In this document: positions 1-8,234 of the stretch, in pieces
Layout: every line of letters starts with the position of its first letter
Numbering within the stretch: position 1 is the first letter of the stretch
NCBI RefSeq assembly: GCF_000020385.1
Contig: NC_010814.1
Span: 2,760,001 to 2,792,000 of the forward strand
Direction of reading: 5' to 3'
Length of the DNA stretch: 32,000 nt
Origin: Trichlorobacter lovleyi SZ
Lineage (GTDB): Bacteria; Desulfobacterota; Desulfuromonadia; Geobacterales; Pseudopelobacteraceae
The notes under the pieces: model-generated
Seen by the model: only the letters and a program-made list of their open reading frames with translations
Databases searched by the model: none
What the model was told of the DNA's origin: nothing
Translations under genes and position numbers: made by a program

Positions 1-1583
1 ATACAGATAAACTCCTGCGCCAGGGACTCCAGGCGATCATCGTCATCCGGCTGCAGCACCCGCAGTGCCAGGGCCAGCACCCGCTGCCCCTGATTTGAAA
101 GCCGGTCTGCAGCAGCCAGCAGCGCCTTGGTATGATCATCCGTCAGCGCGACGATCTTGCTGTTCAGCACAATTGCGCTGCACAGTGCCAGCACACTGTC
201 CAATGCCCCTTTGGCTGCCAGCAGCTTACCCCCTGGCGGCAGCGGAGGCAACGGCAGAAGGCCGGGGGCCAGCGCGGTAATCTGATGCACGGTGATCATC
301 CGCTTGGTGGTTGAATCAAAGGGGATCTCGGCGATCCGTGGCAGGGCCTGTTCCAGTTCACTCCGGTACAGGCCTGCAGTTGCGGCAGCAGAGACCAGGG
401 CACCTTCAGTGGGGTCACCCAGTACCGACTCTTCACCATCTGCAACCTTCAAGACCGCATCATTACAGAGTGCGCCGATCATCAACAGCAACCTGTCCGA
501 TGCGGCATCTTCGGCCCCACCAACAATACTATCCGTGTTCATCAGCCCGGTCACGGCCATCCGGTTCTGGGTCAGGGTACCGGTCTTGTCGCTGCAGATC
601 ACGGTGACTGAACCCAGCGTCTCCACCGCCGGAAGCCGCCGGATCAGGGCATGGCGTTTCAGCATCCGCTGGGCCCCCAGGGCCAGGGTGATGGTAACCA
701 CCGCAGGCAGCCCTTCCGGGATGGCAGCCACTGCCACACTGACCGCCAGCAGCAGCATCTCTTTCAGCGCCTCGCCCCGCAGCATCCCCACCCCGAAGAT
801 CAGGCCTGCCACCACCACCGAAACCACGGCCAGCACCTTGCCCAGCCGGTCCAGCCGTTTCTGCAGCGGGGTCCACTCCTGCCCCACCTGCTGCAGCATG
901 GTGGCGATACTGCCCAGCTCGGTCTGCATGCCGGTGGCCACCACCAATGCCACAGCCCGGCCAGCCGAGACCAGAGTTCCCATAAACAGCAGGTTGCGAC
1001 GATCACCCAGCGGCAGCTCTCCGCTTGCAATCAGGTCAGTATGCTTTTCCACCGCCTCTGACTCACCGGTCAGCAGCGCCTCCTGCACCCGCAGGCCGTG
1101 GGCCTCCAGCAGGCGGCAATCAGCCGGAACCACGCTGCCCGCCTCCAGCAGTACGATATCACCGGGCACCAGCTGCAGCGAAGGCAGCTCCTGCACCACC
1201 CCATCCCGCCGCACCCGCACCAGCGGCACAGCCATCCGCTTCAGGGCGGCAATGGCCCGCTCTGCGCGGAAATCCTGGGCAAAGCCCAGCAGCGCAAACA
1301 GGATCACAATGGCAAAGATGGTGGCGGCATCCTTGAAAGATCCCACCAGACCGGAAACCACCGCAGCTGCGCTCAGAATCAGGGCCATGGTGGAAGTAAA
1401 CTGCTCCCAGAGGATCTGCCAGGGGGTACGCCCGGCCTGCTCGGTCAGCTCATTCTGCCCATACTGCTGTAGACGACGAGCGGCCTGATCCGCAGTCAAA
1501 CCGCTCTCAGCAGCTGATTGCAGCATTTCCAACGCATGATCAACACCCAGGGCATGCCATACTGTTTCAGGTTTTCTGTTCAT
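1..1583 (-). CDS. Cation-transporting P-type ATPase (P2-type, Ca2+/Mg2+-ATPase-like); N-terminal ~527 codons, C-terminus runs off the window start
   Basis: Own reverse-strand translation from ATG (cat at 1581-1583): MNRKPETVWHALGVDHALEMLQSAAESGLTADQAARRLQQYGQNEL... Motifs seen: LLTGESEAVEK (TGES), AAIPEGLPAVV (PEGLP) and ICSDKTGTLT, with DKTGT encoded at 576-590. No stop in this frame down to nt 3. It is absent from the track because it has no in-window stop; the + ORF 292-1488 is its antisense shadow. Confidence 0.9.
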   Translation of the reverse strand, partial: MNRKPETVWHALGVDHALEMLQSAAESGLTADQAARRLQQYGQNELTEQAGRTPWQILWEQFTSTMALILSAAAVVSGLVGSFKDAATIFAIVILFALLGFAQDFRAERAIAALKRMAVPLVRVRRDGVVQELPSLQLVPGDIVLLEAGSVVPADCRLLEAHGLRVQEALLTGESEAVEKHTDLIASGELPLGDRRNLLFMGTLVSAGRAVALVVATGMQTELGSIATMLQQVGQEWTPLQKRLDRLGKVLAVVSVVVAGLIFGVGMLRGEALKEMLLLAVSVAVAAIPEGLPAVVTITLALGAQRMLKRHALIRRLPAVETLGSVTVICSDKTGTLTQNRMAVTGLMNTDSIVGGAEDAASDRLLLMIGALCNDAVLKVADGEESVLGDPTEGALVSAAATAGLYRSELEQALPRIAEIPFDSTTKRMITVHQITALAPGLLPLPPLPPGGKLLAAKGALDSVLALCSAIVLNSKIVALTDDHTKALLAAADRLSNQGQRVLALALRVLQPDDDDRLESLAQEFIC

Positions 1584-1642
1584 GGCTGACAGTATACCAC
1601 CAATGCTTCACTTTTCAGCCAGATGATAGTACACTGCCGACC

Positions 1643-1822
1643 ATGAGCAAATCAGCCGCTGTCCTGTTAATCTGTTTCATTATTGCCATTCTGGGGTTTG
1701 CCACCTGGCAACTCTTTCTTGGCAGGTTTGAGGCTGCCTTTTCCGCCCTGCCCTTTCTGGTAATCCTCTACCTGTTTGTCGCCCCCTGGAAAAAACAGAT
1801 ACCACGCAACGAACAATCTTAA
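1643..1822 (+). CDS. Possible 59-aa small membrane protein (two hydrophobic helices) upstream of the RND gene
   Basis: Own translation: MSKSAAVLLICFIIAILGFATWQLFLGRFEAAFSALPFLVILYLFVAPWKKQIPRNEQS*. It is hydrophobic and ends 14 nt before the next gene. No convincing Shine-Dalgarno, and it falls below the track length cutoff. Confidence 0.3.
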   Translation: MSKSAAVLLICFIIAILGFATWQLFLGRFEAAFSALPFLVILYLFVAPWKKQIPRNEQS

Positions 1823-1836
1823 TCTGGAGTATCCCG

Positions 1837-4497
1837 ATGTCTGCATCCCGTTTCTTTGGCGCCATCATCCGCCATCCTCGTATAGTGCTGGCCGTTGCCC
1901 TGCTGTTGGCTGCCTTGTCAATTGTCTACACATCCCAAAAGCTGGAGTTCCTGACCGGACGTGATGATCTGATGCCCCGCCATGCGGCGTTTCAGCAGGA
2001 TTATCAGGCCTACCGGGCTGCCTTTGGCGATCAGGAAGAGATCGCCGTGGTGATTGAAGGGGCTGATCCAGCCCTGGTCAGCCGTTTCAGCGACACCCTC
2101 TATGCACGGCTGTCCCAGGATAAACGCCTGTTTCTGGAGGTGCTGTACCCCGGCGGCATGCCCTATTTTCGTCAGAACGGCCTGCTGTTCAACTCCCTTG
2201 ATGAGCTGAAGGGGATGGCCAGTACCCTTGAGATGGCCGGTCCGGTGCTGCAGGATCTGGCAGCAGCCCCGTCGATCCAGACCCTGTTCAGCTCTCTGAC
2301 CAATCAGATCGATGACTACCTGAAGGCGCCATCTTCCGATAAACTGCAACGTCTGACCTTCATGCTGGGCACGCTGGACAAGGGCTTTGCCGGGTTTGAC
2401 GGTAAAAAAAGCGCCCTGTCCATGGACTCGTTCCTGTCCGGCGGCAGCGCCGACAAGCCTTCTGCCCTGGAAAACGCCGGCAGGCAGCAGGTGATCGCCA
2501 TCCGTCCCTTAAAGGAGACCGACAGCTTTGTACCGGCTGAAAAGGCGATCAGGAAAATCCGTGAAGAGCTGAATATCCTGCGACAGAAAGCTGAATTCAA
2601 GGGGATTACCGCCGGGATCACCGGAGTGCCGGTGCTGGAGTACGAAGAGATGGCCACCAGCATGGATGACATGACCATCGCCTCGGTCCTGTCGCTGGTG
2701 CTGACTGTTATCCTGCTGCTGTTTGCCTTCCGGGGGGTCAAAAACACGGTTGCCGCCATGGTTGCGCTGCTGATCGCCATCAGTATCGCCTTTGGCCTGG
2801 CCACCCTCTTTGTCGGCCACCTCAACATCCTTTCCATGGCCTTTGCGGTCATGCTGCTGGGGCTGGGGGTGGAGTACAGCATTCAGGTGGTGCTGCGCCA
2901 TCAGGAACTGCTTCAGCATGACAACTTTGAAGCAGCACTGCAGGAGAGCCTTGGCTCCAATCTGCGCCCGGTTCTGCTGGCCTTTGCCACCACTGCCCTG
3001 GCCTTCCTGACCTTCCTCTTAACCGACTTCCGAGGGATTGCCGAGCTGGGTCTGATTGCCGCCATGGGGGTCTTTGTCTGCTTTGCCGCCACCTTTACGG
3101 TGCTGCCTGCCCTGCTGGTCATGCTGCATAAAAAATCAGAAACCGGGGCACTGAAGCCGGTTCAACAAAACTCCAAGCCACGACTGCAGCGGCTGTTTGC
3201 CCGGCCCGGCCTGATTGTGGCTGCCACTACCCTGCTGGCCCTGGCCGGCACAGCTGCCCTGACCCGTGTGCCGTTTGACTTCAACATGCTCAACCTGCAG
3301 GCCAAGGGGCTGGAGTCGGTCACCTATGCCTATAAGCTGATGAAGAGCAAAGAAAATTCCGGTTACTTTGGCGTCTCCATGGCAAAGGACCGTGACGAGG
3401 CAATCAAGCTGACCAAGCGTTTTGAGGCACTGCCCAGTGTGGACCATGTGGTATCCCTGCCGGCCCTGGTGCCGGATCAGCAAGCGGAAAAGCTGGCTGA
3501 ACTGGAACGGATCAAACAGATCATGGCAAAGGTGCAGCCGGTGGCCTACGAGGAAAACCTGCGGGTAATGGAGCTGCCGGCCATCTTTGAGGGTTTCCGT
3601 GAGCGGGTGGAAAAGCTGAAGCTGAACCTTGAAGCCCGGAAGCTGCCTGAAGCGCAACCGACAGCCGCCTTCCTGACCACCCTGGACAGATTCTTTGCCG
3701 GACTGGAAAAGGAAAAGGATGGCAATGCCCTGACCATGCTGCGTGAAATGCAGGAAGCCATGTTTGCCCCGCTGCCGGAGAAGCTGAAGCTGCTGAAGGA
3801 AAGCCTGCAGGCCCGGGCCGTGACCGAGGCCGATGTTCCCCAGGCTCTGAAGCAGCGTTTTGTAGGCAAGGATGGCCGTCTGCTGCTGCAGATCGCCCCG
3901 AAAAAGGAGATCTTCAACGAACAGCCGCTGGCGGAGTTCGTCACCCAGATCAAGTCCGTTGATCCCCACGCCACCGGTGAACCGGTCAGCGTCTATGAAT
4001 CATTCAAGATCCTCAAGCTCTCCTACCTGCAGGCCTTCCTGTATGCCCTGGGGGGGGTGGTGCTGATCCTGCTGATCGCCTTCCGCAGCCTGCGCTCCAC
4101 CCTGCTGGGGGTCGCCCCGCTGGCAGTGGGGCTGCTGCTGATGGTGGGGGGGATGTGGCTGTTCGGCCTGAAGTTCAATGTGGCCAACATCATTGTCATG
4201 CCGCTCCTGCTGGGGGTCGGGATCGACTCGGCCATCTACATCATCAGCCGCCACCTGAAGGGGGAGGAATCACCAGTAGAGGTGGCCACCAGCAGCGCCG
4301 GCAAGGGAGTCTTCCTGAACGCCCTGACCATCCTGTTCAGCTTCGGTGCCCTGATGGTGGCCCGCCATCAGGGGGTGTTCAGTATCGGCGCCGTCATGTC
4401 ACTGGGCATGACCGCCATTGTACTGGCGTTTCTGGTGTTTTTACCGGCACTGTTACTGTTGCTTGATAAACGGAAAAACGAGATCAGACAGAGCTAA
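1837..4497 (+). CDS. RND/MMPL-superfamily exporter, HpnN-like (hopanoid-associated RND transporter family)
   Basis: 886-aa ORF with two blocks of ~6 TM helices (around aa 280-430 and 730-880), each preceded by a large soluble loop, which is the MMPL/RND architecture. The N-terminus MSASRFFGAIIRHPRIVLAVALLLAALSIVY...FLTGRDDLMP resembles HpnN-type proteins as I recall them. TGGAG lies 8 nt upstream of the ATG. Confidence 0.8.
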   Translation: MSASRFFGAIIRHPRIVLAVALLLAALSIVYTSQKLEFLTGRDDLMPRHAAFQQDYQAYRAAFGDQEEIAVVIEGADPALVSRFSDTLYARLSQDKRLFLEVLYPGGMPYFRQNGLLFNSLDELKGMASTLEMAGPVLQDLAAAPSIQTLFSSLTNQIDDYLKAPSSDKLQRLTFMLGTLDKGFAGFDGKKSALSMDSFLSGGSADKPSALENAGRQQVIAIRPLKETDSFVPAEKAIRKIREELNILRQKAEFKGITAGITGVPVLEYEEMATSMDDMTIASVLSLVLTVILLLFAFRGVKNTVAAMVALLIAISIAFGLATLFVGHLNILSMAFAVMLLGLGVEYSIQVVLRHQELLQHDNFEAALQESLGSNLRPVLLAFATTALAFLTFLLTDFRGIAELGLIAAMGVFVCFAATFTVLPALLVMLHKKSETGALKPVQQNSKPRLQRLFARPGLIVAATTLLALAGTAALTRVPFDFNMLNLQAKGLESVTYAYKLMKSKENSGYFGVSMAKDRDEAIKLTKRFEALPSVDHVVSLPALVPDQQAEKLAELERIKQIMAKVQPVAYEENLRVMELPAIFEGFRERVEKLKLNLEARKLPEAQPTAAFLTTLDRFFAGLEKEKDGNALTMLREMQEAMFAPLPEKLKLLKESLQARAVTEADVPQALKQRFVGKDGRLLLQIAPKKEIFNEQPLAEFVTQIKSVDPHATGEPVSVYESFKILKLSYLQAFLYALGGVVLILLIAFRSLRSTLLGVAPLAVGLLLMVGGMWLFGLKFNVANIIVMPLLLGVGIDSAIYIISRHLKGEESPVEVATSSAGKGVFLNALTILFSFGALMVARHQGVFSIGAVMSLGMTAIVLAFLVFLPALLLLLDKRKNEIRQS

Positions 4498-4511
4498 AGC
4501 AGATTTTGGTG

Positions 4512-5873
4512 CTACAAGTCCAGTGGGCTCTTCGGCTCCTGGATTGTCCTGACCGGCACGCAGTGGGTGTAAATCATGGTGGTCTTCAGACTTGAATGTC
4601 CCAATAGTGTCTGAATCACACGGATGTCATAGCCAGCCTGTAGCAGATGGGTAGCAAAAGAATGGCGGAAGGTGTGGGACGTAACCCGTTTCGGTATCTT
4701 CGCCTTACGCACTGCAGGATACAGCGCCTCCTGCAGTTCTGATTCATGCAGATGCCAACGTCGCTGTTGCCCGGTTTCTGCTGCCAAGGTTAGATTCTTC
4801 TGCGGAAAAAACCATTGATGGAGAAACTCCTTGGGCGCTTTGGGATATTTCTTTTCCACGCTATCATCCAGAAACACCCCATCGTACCCTACAGCCAGAT
4901 CCCGCTCATGCAGTTCCCCCACCAGCTTGATCTGCCGCTTTAACTCCGGTAGAATCGCCTCTGGAATCGGCACCGTGCGATCCTTCTTGCCCTTGCCATG
5001 TATGGTCAGTTTCCCCGCATCAAAGTTAAAATCACGCACCCGCAACTGCAGGCATTCAAACTGGCGCAAACCGCAGCCAAACAGTAATTTTACTACCAGA
5101 TCAAACGGATAGGCAAGGTGGGCAAGGATTGCATCAATCTCTTCGCGAGAAAGAACGGTGGGAATATACAAGGATTTCTTGGCGCGGGGCACATCACGCA
5201 GTTCGCCAAATTCTCGTTTCAATCCATGACGGTACAAAAACAGGAGTGAATTAAACGCCTGATTCTGCGTTGTCGATGCCACCTTGCAGGTAACAGCCAG
5301 GTGGGTCAGGTACGCTTTCACATCATCGCCGGTCAGCTCCTGTGGCGATCTATTCTTTAGAAAGTACTGAAATTTTCTCGACCAGTTAGCGTATGTCTTC
5401 AGGGTCTTGCGTGAATAATGACGAACCTTGATCTCATCTGCCATTGTCTTAAGAACAGCATCCCATTCCTGCGAATCAGACTTCTCCTGATAACCGGCTT
5501 CTACATATTGTGAAGCATATTTCTTAGGGGTAACTGGCGGTTCCGCAGAATCAGCAGAAACAGCAGTCCGCTTCTGACTAACAGCCTCGCTTTGTTGCTG
5601 TGGTACTAAATCCAGCTTCTGTACCTCAATGAAAACAGATACAGCGTAGGCTGCCTGACGGCACGCAAGCTCACTCTGTTTTTTTGCTTTAAGCTTCTCA
5701 ATAAAAAGAGGTAATTGCTCCATGGGGGTACCCGGTACAGGGTACTTGTTGCAGTAATCGAGAAAATAGCGACTCCACTTGATACACTCCGAAAAGTTGG
5801 CAGCAGGAACCCCACGTTTTTCCAACAGCTTTAAATATCGAGAAAAAAGCTCTTTGGGGAAGTCGATCATCAT
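4512..5873 (-). CDS. intI: Integron integrase (IntI family tyrosine recombinase) with a ~120-aa N-terminal extension
   Basis: Catalytic residues present: GCGLRQFECLQLRVRDF (Arg), HGKGKKDR (Lys), SHTFRHSFATHLL (His-x-x-Arg), LGHSSLKTTMIYTH (His, Tyr). The IntI-specific insertion between patch II and box II is present: AVGYDGVFLDDSVEKKYPKAPKEFLHQWFFPQKNL...QQRRWHLHESELQ. This matches the G.G.V.LP..L..KYP.A....WQWxFP......RHH pattern of integron integrases. AAGGA lies 6 nt upstream of the ATG. Confidence 0.88.
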   Translation of the reverse strand: MMIDFPKELFSRYLKLLEKRGVPAANFSECIKWSRYFLDYCNKYPVPGTPMEQLPLFIEKLKAKKQSELACRQAAYAVSVFIEVQKLDLVPQQQSEAVSQKRTAVSADSAEPPVTPKKYASQYVEAGYQEKSDSQEWDAVLKTMADEIKVRHYSRKTLKTYANWSRKFQYFLKNRSPQELTGDDVKAYLTHLAVTCKVASTTQNQAFNSLLFLYRHGLKREFGELRDVPRAKKSLYIPTVLSREEIDAILAHLAYPFDLVVKLLFGCGLRQFECLQLRVRDFNFDAGKLTIHGKGKKDRTVPIPEAILPELKRQIKLVGELHERDLAVGYDGVFLDDSVEKKYPKAPKEFLHQWFFPQKNLTLAAETGQQRRWHLHESELQEALYPAVRKAKIPKRVTSHTFRHSFATHLLQAGYDIRVIQTLLGHSSLKTTMIYTHCVPVRTIQEPKSPLDL

Positions 5874-5894
5874 ATAATTCCTTGAATTATTTAA

Positions 5895-5923
5895 TTTACA
5901 TCCTACAAAAGCTTTCGTATATT
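5895..5923 (+). promoter_or_regulatory. Candidate sigma70 promoter reading away from intI toward the cassette array (Pc-like)
   Basis: TTTACA (5895-5900), a 17-nt spacer, then TATATT (5918-5923), inside the AT-rich 88-bp intI upstream region. Confidence 0.45.
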
Positions 5924-5979
5924 TCCGAGCAATTCTTGATCAATCCTGCAAAAACAGCCATTTGGCGTCATGGAATCCT

Positions 5980-6354
5980 ATGCTTAAAGAGATGAAATCA
6001 CACTGTCACCTAAAGCCGGGCCAAAAGGGAACAAAGCGGCTCGTTGAACAGTATGGCGAATCGCTACTTTGTGTCCGTTATCGCTATGACAAAATTCGCG
6101 GTGTACGCCTAAAAACTGTAGAAATCATAGTCGAAGAGAGACCCTGGCTACCACCATTCTGCTTCAAAGATGGAGATGTTGCGCCAATAACGGTTGCTTT
6201 TGATGAAACCGGACTGAGGGCTAAATTACACAAAATGCGAGCGAAATGGGACCCAAATTTGAAAGTATGGCTGGTACCGTACCATCTAATACGTGGAACC
6301 GAGCTTGAAAACCGAATCCCTGAAGAGTATTTGGATGGTAGCAAACGCATATAA
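5980..6354 (+). CDS. Hypothetical protein (~124 aa) between intI and attI; the C-terminal part resembles the small AKWD...K.W.VP module (DUF5710-like) of plasmid primase/relaxase N-termini
   Basis: ORF MLKEMKSHCHLKPGQKGTKRLVEQYGESLLCVRYRYDKIRGVRLKTVEIIVEERPW...LRAKLHKMRAKWDPNLKVWLVPYHLIRG. The track start at 5962 is a TTG. ATG 5980 or ATG 5992 is more likely, so the start is uncertain. Confidence 0.6.
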   Translation: MLKEMKSHCHLKPGQKGTKRLVEQYGESLLCVRYRYDKIRGVRLKTVEIIVEERPWLPPFCFKDGDVAPITVAFDETGLRAKLHKMRAKWDPNLKVWLVPYHLIRGTELENRIPEEYLDGSKRI

Positions 6355-6359
6355 AGCAT

Positions 6360-6434
6360 CTTATATAGGAAACCGGCCGGGTTCCTCATATAAGAAGCAA
6401 GCATCCTATATAGGAAACAAGTTTCTTATATAGG
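6360..6434. repeat. Four phased copies of a YYTATATARG palindrome with GGAAAC/GTTTC flanks, forming two long inverted repeats
   Basis: CTTATATAGG (6360-6369), CTCATATAAG (6385-6394), CCTATATAGG (6405-6414, a perfect 10-bp palindrome) and CTTATATAGG (6425-6434). Centre-to-centre spacing is 25, 20 and 20 bp. Pair 1: CTTATATAGGAAACC-GGCC-GGGTTCCTCATATAAG. Pair 2: CCTATATAGGAAAC-AA-GTTTCTTATATAGG. Confidence 0.8.
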
Positions 6435-6440
6435 GAAACC

Positions 6441-6459
6441 GTAGATTAACGAGTTGAAC
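6441..6459 (+). other. attI-like simple site; predicted crossover between G6453 and T6454
   Basis: GATTAAC-GA-GTTGAAC: two inverted core-like boxes, the right one fitting GTTRRRY. TTGAAC (6454-6459) is the exact complement partner of the R'' box GTTCAAC of the first attC (8133-8139). No GTT triplet occurs at all between intI and nt 5990, so attI cannot be adjacent to intI. Confidence 0.6.
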
Positions 6460-6474
6460 CATGGAGGCTTGTGG

Positions 6475-7233
6475 ATGATATTTCCAATTCTTGAATATGA
6501 CCCAACCCGCACTGCCTTTATTGAACCTTCAAAGGTTATCATGCCTCTGGATATGCCTCAGTGTTGTGTAATCTGTTTTTTCAGAGAAGTGATCGATAAA
6601 ATTGTCATCGAACACAATGCAAAGGTATTGGTAACAGACTTGTGGGAGGATGGACCTCATCCGGTTTACGAAATTGAATACAACGACCAGAGGTTGGCAT
6701 TCTTTCATCCAGGTATTGGTGCACCACTGGCTGCGGGTCTGCTCGAAAAGGTCATTGCTTATGGTGGTCGGAAATTTATGGTTTGTGGAGGATGTGGAGT
6801 TCTTGATAAAGATATGAGCGTTGGGAGCTTAATGGTTGTATCCAGCGCAATCCGCGACGAAGGCGTTTCATATCATTACCTGCCACCAAGCCGAGAAGTC
6901 TTTGCGAACCCAGCGGGGGTGAAGGCGCTTGAGGACACCTTGAATATAAAGAACATTACGCATCTTGTCGGTAAAACCTGGACGACCGATGCACCTTTCA
7001 GAGAGACGCCGGATAGAATAGCCAAAAGAAAAGAAGAAGGCTGTCTTGCTGTAGAAATGGAAAGCGCCGGCATGATGGCAGTTGCACAATTTCGTGGTGT
7101 AACTTTAGGACAGATATTATATGGCGGGGACGATCTGACCTGCGTGGAGTGGGATGAACGTTTATGGCAATCAAATACCACCATACGCGAGAAGCTTTTC
7201 TGGCTGTGCGCGGATGCAGTTTTACTTGCCTGA
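6475..7233 (+). CDS. Nucleoside phosphorylase, PNP_UDP_1 (purine/uridine phosphorylase) family
   Basis: MIFPILEYDP...FFHPGIGAPLAAGLLEKVIAYGGRKFMVCGGCGVL...MVVSSAIRDEGVSYHY...TWTTDAPFRET...CLAVEMESAGMMAVAQFRGV. The G-rich phosphate loop and the EMES block are typical of the family. GGAGG lies 7 nt upstream of ATG 6475. The track start 6454 (TTG) is the cassette's first base and is unlikely to be the true start. Confidence 0.8.
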   Translation: MIFPILEYDPTRTAFIEPSKVIMPLDMPQCCVICFFREVIDKIVIEHNAKVLVTDLWEDGPHPVYEIEYNDQRLAFFHPGIGAPLAAGLLEKVIAYGGRKFMVCGGCGVLDKDMSVGSLMVVSSAIRDEGVSYHYLPPSREVFANPAGVKALEDTLNIKNITHLVGKTWTTDAPFRETPDRIAKRKEEGCLAVEMESAGMMAVAQFRGVTLGQILYGGDDLTCVEWDERLWQSNTTIREKLFWLCADAVLLA

Positions 7234-7276
7234 TCAGTGAAAAGAAGAACAGGAATTATTTTGTAAAGGAGAGGGC

Positions 7277-8104
7277 ATGCTTCAAGAGAAAATGATTGAG
7301 AATATCCGTGAGAAGTGTCACCAGGACATTCGCGTTGTGTCCGCGCTGATGTTCGGGTCGTTCGCAACCGGCGAGGGTGATCAATATTCGGATATAGAAT
7401 TCGCGGTGTTCATCCGCGACGACTCGTTAAATGATTTCGATCAGCGTTCATGGCTCAATTCATTCAGCCCGGTTGCCGCTTACTTCCTGGACGATTTCGG
7501 CCACCACACAGCACTTTTCGAGAACGGCGTGCGTGGCGAGTTCCACTTTATGCGGGCTTCGGAGCAGTCGGTTGTTGCCGGCTGGCAGGGATACGGGTGG
7601 TTTCCTTCGCTTGAAGCGGCGGTGTTGCTGGATCGAGAAGGCGAATTGTCGCAGTATGCGCGGCTGCTTGTGGGAGGGCCTCCAAAACGTGAAGGGGCTG
7701 AACTGGTAGAGGGTCTGTCCCTTAACCTGATCAACCTGATGCTGTTCGGCGCAAATCTTCTCAATAGAGGCGAATACGCTCGTGCATGGGCTTTATTGGG
7801 CAAGGCGCACGAAAATCTGCTAAAGCTGGCTCGACTTCATGAAGGGGAGACTGACCATTGGCCGACTCCTTCGCGGGGTCTCGAGATCGACCTTTCTGGT
7901 AATGCATATCGTCGCTACCTGACTTGTACGGCCAGCGCTGAACGTGTTCCTTTGTGCAGAGCCTATTGTGAGTCATGGAGGTGGAGTAGAGAGCTGATAG
8001 AGGCGGTTGTCAGACCACATAACATCGAACTCCCACAATCAGTCATGGCACAGTTGGAAATACTGCTTGATAACGTGACTGCTGATCCAAACCCAAACCC
8101 GTAA
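7277..8104 (+). CDS. Nucleotidyltransferase of the lincosamide nucleotidyltransferase LnuB/LnuF (LinF) type
   Basis: MLQEKMIENIREKC...ALMFGSFATGEGDQYSDIEFAVFI...RGEFHF...LLNRGEYARAW. These match blocks I recall from LnuB/LnuF (GSFTKGEGDQYSDIEFYIFL, RGEFHF, LKRGEYARS). AAGGAGAGGG RBS. Only 43 bp separate it from the preceding gene, with no attC between them. Confidence 0.8.
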   Translation: MLQEKMIENIREKCHQDIRVVSALMFGSFATGEGDQYSDIEFAVFIRDDSLNDFDQRSWLNSFSPVAAYFLDDFGHHTALFENGVRGEFHFMRASEQSVVAGWQGYGWFPSLEAAVLLDREGELSQYARLLVGGPPKREGAELVEGLSLNLINLMLFGANLLNRGEYARAWALLGKAHENLLKLARLHEGETDHWPTPSRGLEIDLSGNAYRRYLTCTASAERVPLCRAYCESWRWSRELIEAVVRPHNIELPQSVMAQLEILLDNVTADPNPNP

Positions 8105-8132
8105 GGCTTCATAGGCAACAGAAACAATAAAT

Positions 8133-8193
8133 GTTCAACCAGGAAGATGCACCTGACCAAAAAGCCGTCAGGTGATCTCCCGGCCCGTTGAGC
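8133..8193 (+). other. attC site 1 (61 bp), end of cassette 1; crossover G8187|T8188
   Basis: R'' GTTCAAC (fits RYYYAAC), then CAGGAAGATGCACCTGAC, loop CAAAAAGCC, GTCAGGTGATCTCCCGGCCC, then R' GTTGAGC (fits GTTRRRY). The arms pair (CACCTGAC/GTCAGGTG, AGAT/ATCT) with an unpaired G in the 5' arm, as expected for attC extrahelical bases. Confidence 0.85.
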
Positions 8194-8234
8194 AAAACAC
8201 CCGCAAAATGATAACCAAAGGGAGAAACCATATT

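Noticed and set aside
292-1488. 398-aa + strand ORF, plus other + ORFs at 311-607, 651-1061, 1025-1336 and 1098-1472
   Set aside because: Their composition is Ser/Arg/Ala/Pro-rich with no motifs. The opposite strand encodes a textbook P-type ATPase (TGES, PEGLP, DKTGT) across the whole interval, so these are antisense shadow ORFs typical of GC-rich DNA.
2316-3974. Several minus-strand ORFs inside the RND gene (2316-2882, 2509-2919, 3136-3969, 3546-3974)
   Set aside because: They are shadows of the 886-aa RND/MMPL ORF, which has a consistent TM and loop architecture.
5945-5956. CTGCAAAAACAG in the intI upstream region as a possible LexA box
   Set aside because: It fits neither the 16-bp CTGT-N8-ACAG form nor the GGTT-N2-C-N4-G-N3-ACC form reported for Geobacter LexA.
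5962-5979. Track start (TTG 5962) for the ORF next to intI
   Set aside because: It is a non-ATG start with no RBS. In-frame ATGs at 5980 and 5992 are more plausible.
8172-8234. N-terminal extension of the beta-lactamase ORF in the track (GTG 8172)
   Set aside because: It starts inside the attC1 hairpin. ATG 8235 has a GGGAG RBS and yields a normal signal peptide.
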